From the sequence record OX922092.1: 32,000 nucleotides of DNA; one strand, written 5' to 3'. Shown here piece by piece: positions 29,089 to 32,000 of the stretch. Positions within the stretch are counted from its first letter, which is position 1. Each line of letters opens with the position of its first letter. The position numbers were made by a program, and so were the translations under genes. The notes beneath the pieces were generated by a model, which did not search any database, had not been told where the DNA came from, and worked only from the letters and a program-made list of their open reading frames with translations.

Positions 29089-29147
29089 ATAACTAAAATA
29101 GTATGTAGTTACTACGTTTTTTTCTAACTACATACTATTTTAGTTAT
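29089..29147. repeat. Perfect 22-bp-stem inverted repeat in the psbF-rpoB spacer
   Basis: ataactaaaatagtatgtagtt (29089-29110) is the exact complement of aactacatactattttagttat (29126-29147). Confidence 0.9.
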
Positions 29148-29607
29148 TTTTACAAATAACTAACATATAATATATTTGATTAAATATTTTTATATTCCAT
29201 CGAACATAAATGTTGAATTAGCTGCGAGATTTACTGTTAGTTCTCTTTGAATAACTTTTAGTAAAAGAGTTTGATTTCGAATAATTGTTCTTTAATTTCT
29301 TTTATTAAAAATAATAACTAAAGAAAATAAAAATTTTTTTGTTTTAATTTTATAAATTTTTGAAATAATTCTTCTTAACACATAACTATTCTTTTATTTT
29401 ATTTTGAGTTTTCTCAAAGAGAATAACAGTTTTAAATTAACGAGTAAATCCATTATTAAACGAATAAGTAAATCCATTATGGTTAAATACTACAAATGTA
29501 AATTTATAGTATATAGTCGAGTAAAAAGATAAGGTTATAAAAACAATAACCTAGTATTAATAATCATATCATATTAATTAAAAATTTGTATACTACCGTT
29601 TTTTAAG

Positions 29608-29631
29608 CCCAGCGCTCGTTTGAGCGCTGGG
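29608..29631. repeat. GC-rich perfect 10-bp hairpin, part of a GC island at about 29600-29745
   Basis: cccagcgctc gttt gagcgctggg is followed by aaaccc tac gggttt (29651-29665) and cttgcg...cgcaag (29704-29724). Confidence 0.85.
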
Positions 29632-30308
29632 CCGCTTTACCTTATAGAATAAACCCTACGGGTTTACCCCTAGCTTTCCAGAATATAAATTTATACAAGC
29701 GAACTTGCGAGTCTCGTCCGCAAGGATTGCCAAACGGTCGTATAAGAAAAAATCAAAGATTTTTTCTCCGCTACTATTATTAATAAATTATTAATACTCT
29801 AATAACAATACAAGACAAAAAAGATAAGAGCCATTTTATTAAAAATTAATATTTATTTAATCAATAACTATTAAATTATATGAATTAATTGTTTAATAAT
29901 AGTTTACAATAAAAATTTATTTATTTTTAGTTTCAAAATTTTTTCTTATGTAATAAACTATTAAAACGTAATATATCTAAGGTATAGTTTTTCTAAAAAA
30001 AAAAAAAATAAATTAAACTCTAAATTAATTAGACATTATACTAATAGGTATTAATATTATTTTAGACTAAATAAAATTTTATTTATAAAATTTTATAAAT
30101 TTTATATGAATAAAAGAATTTTATATAAGAATGTCTCAGAGTAAAAAAAAAACACACATGTTTTAGATATGTATTTTTTAAGTCGGATTGAATTAAACAG
30201 GTTCTAACCTAATAATATTAAAACCAATCGAATTAAAATAATAGTCAGTAGTTATATTTTTTAATAGCTTTAGAAAGAAAATGTTTATAAAACTATTTAT
30301 AATTCAAG

Positions 30309-30336
30309 TCGGAAAAAAACCTTTGGTTTTTTCCTC
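30309..30336. repeat. Single-hairpin member of the dispersed repeat family
   Basis: tcggaaaaaaacctttggttttttcctc matches the ggaaaaaacc...ggttttttcc hairpin of the other copies. Confidence 0.8.
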
Positions 30337-30694
30337 AGCACAAAATAAAAAGGGAAATTCTAAAAGAATCTTGTTTGGAAATCTTATATTTTTCGTCAAT
30401 TATTCATTCATAATTGTAAAAAAACACTGTTAGTAAAAAGCGGCTTCGTTTATTAAGAAAATAACTTTATCAACCTTATTTTAGATTTAGAGAAATCTTC
30501 TTATATTTATTTTGACTAGAACGCTAAAAAAGAATAAGAAAACTTATATATTTATAGATTTATTCTATAAATATAATCTTTATTATATTATATTTTTTTT
30601 TGACTAGAATCAAAATGATAAACAAAATAATAGTCGTATTTCCTCATTTTGAGTAGAGCTAAACGAACCCGCCTAACTAATTTTAGAAAATCTT

Positions 30695-30751
30695 CCGGAA
30701 AAAACCGTTGGTTTTTTCCTTAGGACAAAACAACAAAGTTGTTTTGTCCGC
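30695..30751. repeat. Short dispersed repeat (double-hairpin element), intergenic copy
   Basis: ccggaaaaaaccgttggttttttccttaggacaaaacaacaaagttgttttgtccgc is nearly identical to 22031-22088 and to the reverse of 13505-13561. Confidence 0.9.
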
Positions 30752-31257
30752 TAAAAATTCTTTTAGATAAAAAATTTTAAGTTTTAAATACTTACATACC
30801 AGGAGATAAAAGTACAGCGGCCAGAAAAGTTTATTAGCACAACGACCAGAAGAATATTTAAAACTTAGATATTTTGTTAAGTTGATTTTGTTAAGCGGGG
30901 AAAAATCTTTTATTTTTCCCTTCGGGCGATGGCAGACCGCATTTTAACCCGCTTACCCTAAACAGTTTATCGATAAAGTCAATATGCGTCACCTGGAAAG
31001 CCGTATTGTTTTTGTTTCGCGAAGATTTAGGCAAAAAATAAAATTTTATTTTTCTTTTAAAAATAAAATTTTATAAATTCTTTTAGAATTTCTTCCGAGA
31101 AATAGAAAATTCACATAGTGAATTTTCTTCTCTAAAAGAATTTTCTAAAAATTTTCTTAAATTTGTAAATATTTTATCTGAATAAAAAAAGAATGATAAT
31201 ATTTTTGTATCAAATAGATTGATTGAAAAAAGAAAAAAATAAAAAAAAAAAAAAATT

Positions 31258-32000
31258 ATGCCAATTAATAGATATTTTCTCTCAGATTTTGTTACGGTTC
31301 AAAGACAAAGTTTTTTTGAACTTTTAGAAAAAGGTTTAATAGAGGAATTTGCAAAAAGAAATCCAATAACAAATGGGAGAAAAGATTATTCGTTCTTTTT
31401 CTACCCTGAATATTATATTTTAACACGACCTGAATACAAGCCTCATGAAGCTATTTTAAAAAATAAAAGTTATACAAGTAAACTGTTTGTTCCAGTACAA
31501 ATAACTAATAAAAAACATAAACAAATAGTTTTAAAATGGGTATATATTGGTAATATTCCGTTAATGACAAAACGTGGTCATTTTATTTTAAATGGTGCTG
31601 CTCGTGTTATTGTTAATCAAATTCTACGCAGTCCAGGAATCTATTATCAACAAAAAATATACGAGAATTATGAAGATAATAAAGGTTCGAAGTCGAATGC
31701 TCAAGACGCTGAAACAGGAGAAGGTTCTTCTTTACAACCAGTTAACACATATAAACGTTTTTATTGTGATTTAATTTGTATGAGAGGATCTTGGTTACGT
31801 ATTGAAATGGATAAAGAAAAAAATATCTGGGCACAAATGAAAAAAGGACCAAAGATCCCTATTTATTGGTTTTTATTAGCAATGGGATTATCTGAAAAAG
31901 TTATACTAAAATCAATTATGGACCCTCAAAAAGTGTTAGGTAATTTGGAAAGAAATAAAGCAGTACCTAAATTAAGTAAAAAAAATAAAAAAGATTTAAC
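31258..32000 (+). CDS. rpoB: RNA polymerase beta subunit, N-terminal part (the ORF runs off the window end)
   Basis: Manual translation from ATG 31258 is open to the window end: MPINRYFLSDFVTVQRQSFFELLEKGLIEEF...VYIGNIPLMTKRGHFILNGAARVIVNQILRSPGIYYQQK...WLRIEMDKEKNIW. The blocks (L)PDF..IQR.SF and G.FI(I/L)NGA.RVIV.Q..RSPG.Y are rpoB N-terminal signatures. It is absent from the ORF track because no stop falls in the window. Confidence 0.88.
   Translation, partial: MPINRYFLSDFVTVQRQSFFELLEKGLIEEFAKRNPITNGRKDYSFFFYPEYYILTRPEYKPHEAILKNKSYTSKLFVPVQITNKKHKQIVLKWVYIGNIPLMTKRGHFILNGAARVIVNQILRSPGIYYQQKIYENYEDNKGSKSNAQDAETGEGSSLQPVNTYKRFYCDLICMRGSWLRIEMDKEKNIWAQMKKGPKIPIYWFLLAMGLSEKVILKSIMDPQKVLGNLERNKAVPKLSKKNKKDL

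Noticed and set aside
31592-31774. 60-aa ORF in the track (MVLLVLLLIKFY...)
   Set aside because: It is out of frame within rpoB. The rpoB frame starting at 31258 carries the conserved beta-subunit motifs.

Overview
This window is AT-rich plastid (chloroplast) DNA of a chlorophycean, Chlamydomonas-like green alga. It is not a prokaryotic accessory island, and I find no defence, toxin-antitoxin, CRISPR or secretion system.

Layout:
- 1-11117 (+): rRNA operon rrs - trnI(GAU) - trnA(UGC) - rrl - rrf. The 5' end of rrs lies outside the window. Five group I introns interrupt the operon, two in 16S and three in 23S. Each carries a LAGLIDADG homing-endonuclease ORF.
- One of these ORFs is broken by a clean 11-bp tandem duplication.
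- 11128-12090: about 1 kb of abutting, unrelated tandem-repeat arrays directly downstream of 5S.
- 14074-28334 (-): rpoC2 (about 2636 codons with a roughly 5.6-kb low-complexity in-frame expansion), rps3 (704 codons, central expansion), petG, psbL and psbF. The last three fall below the ORF-track size threshold and were found by manual translation.
- 31258-32000 (+): 5' part of rpoB, running off the window.

Intergenic DNA contains a family of short dispersed palindromic (double-hairpin) repeats and GC-rich islands. Copies of these repeats also sit in frame inside rpoC2.

Most interesting observations:
- the intron-saturated rRNA operon, including a 2.3-kb 16S intron at about E. coli position 943/944
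- compensated divergence of normally invariant 16S helices flanking that intron
- the 11-bp duplication that inactivates an intron endonuclease
- the satellite mosaic after rrf
- palindromic repeat copies embedded in the rpoC2 reading frame

All coordinates were counted by hand. rRNA ends and intron borders may be off by 1-3 nt.
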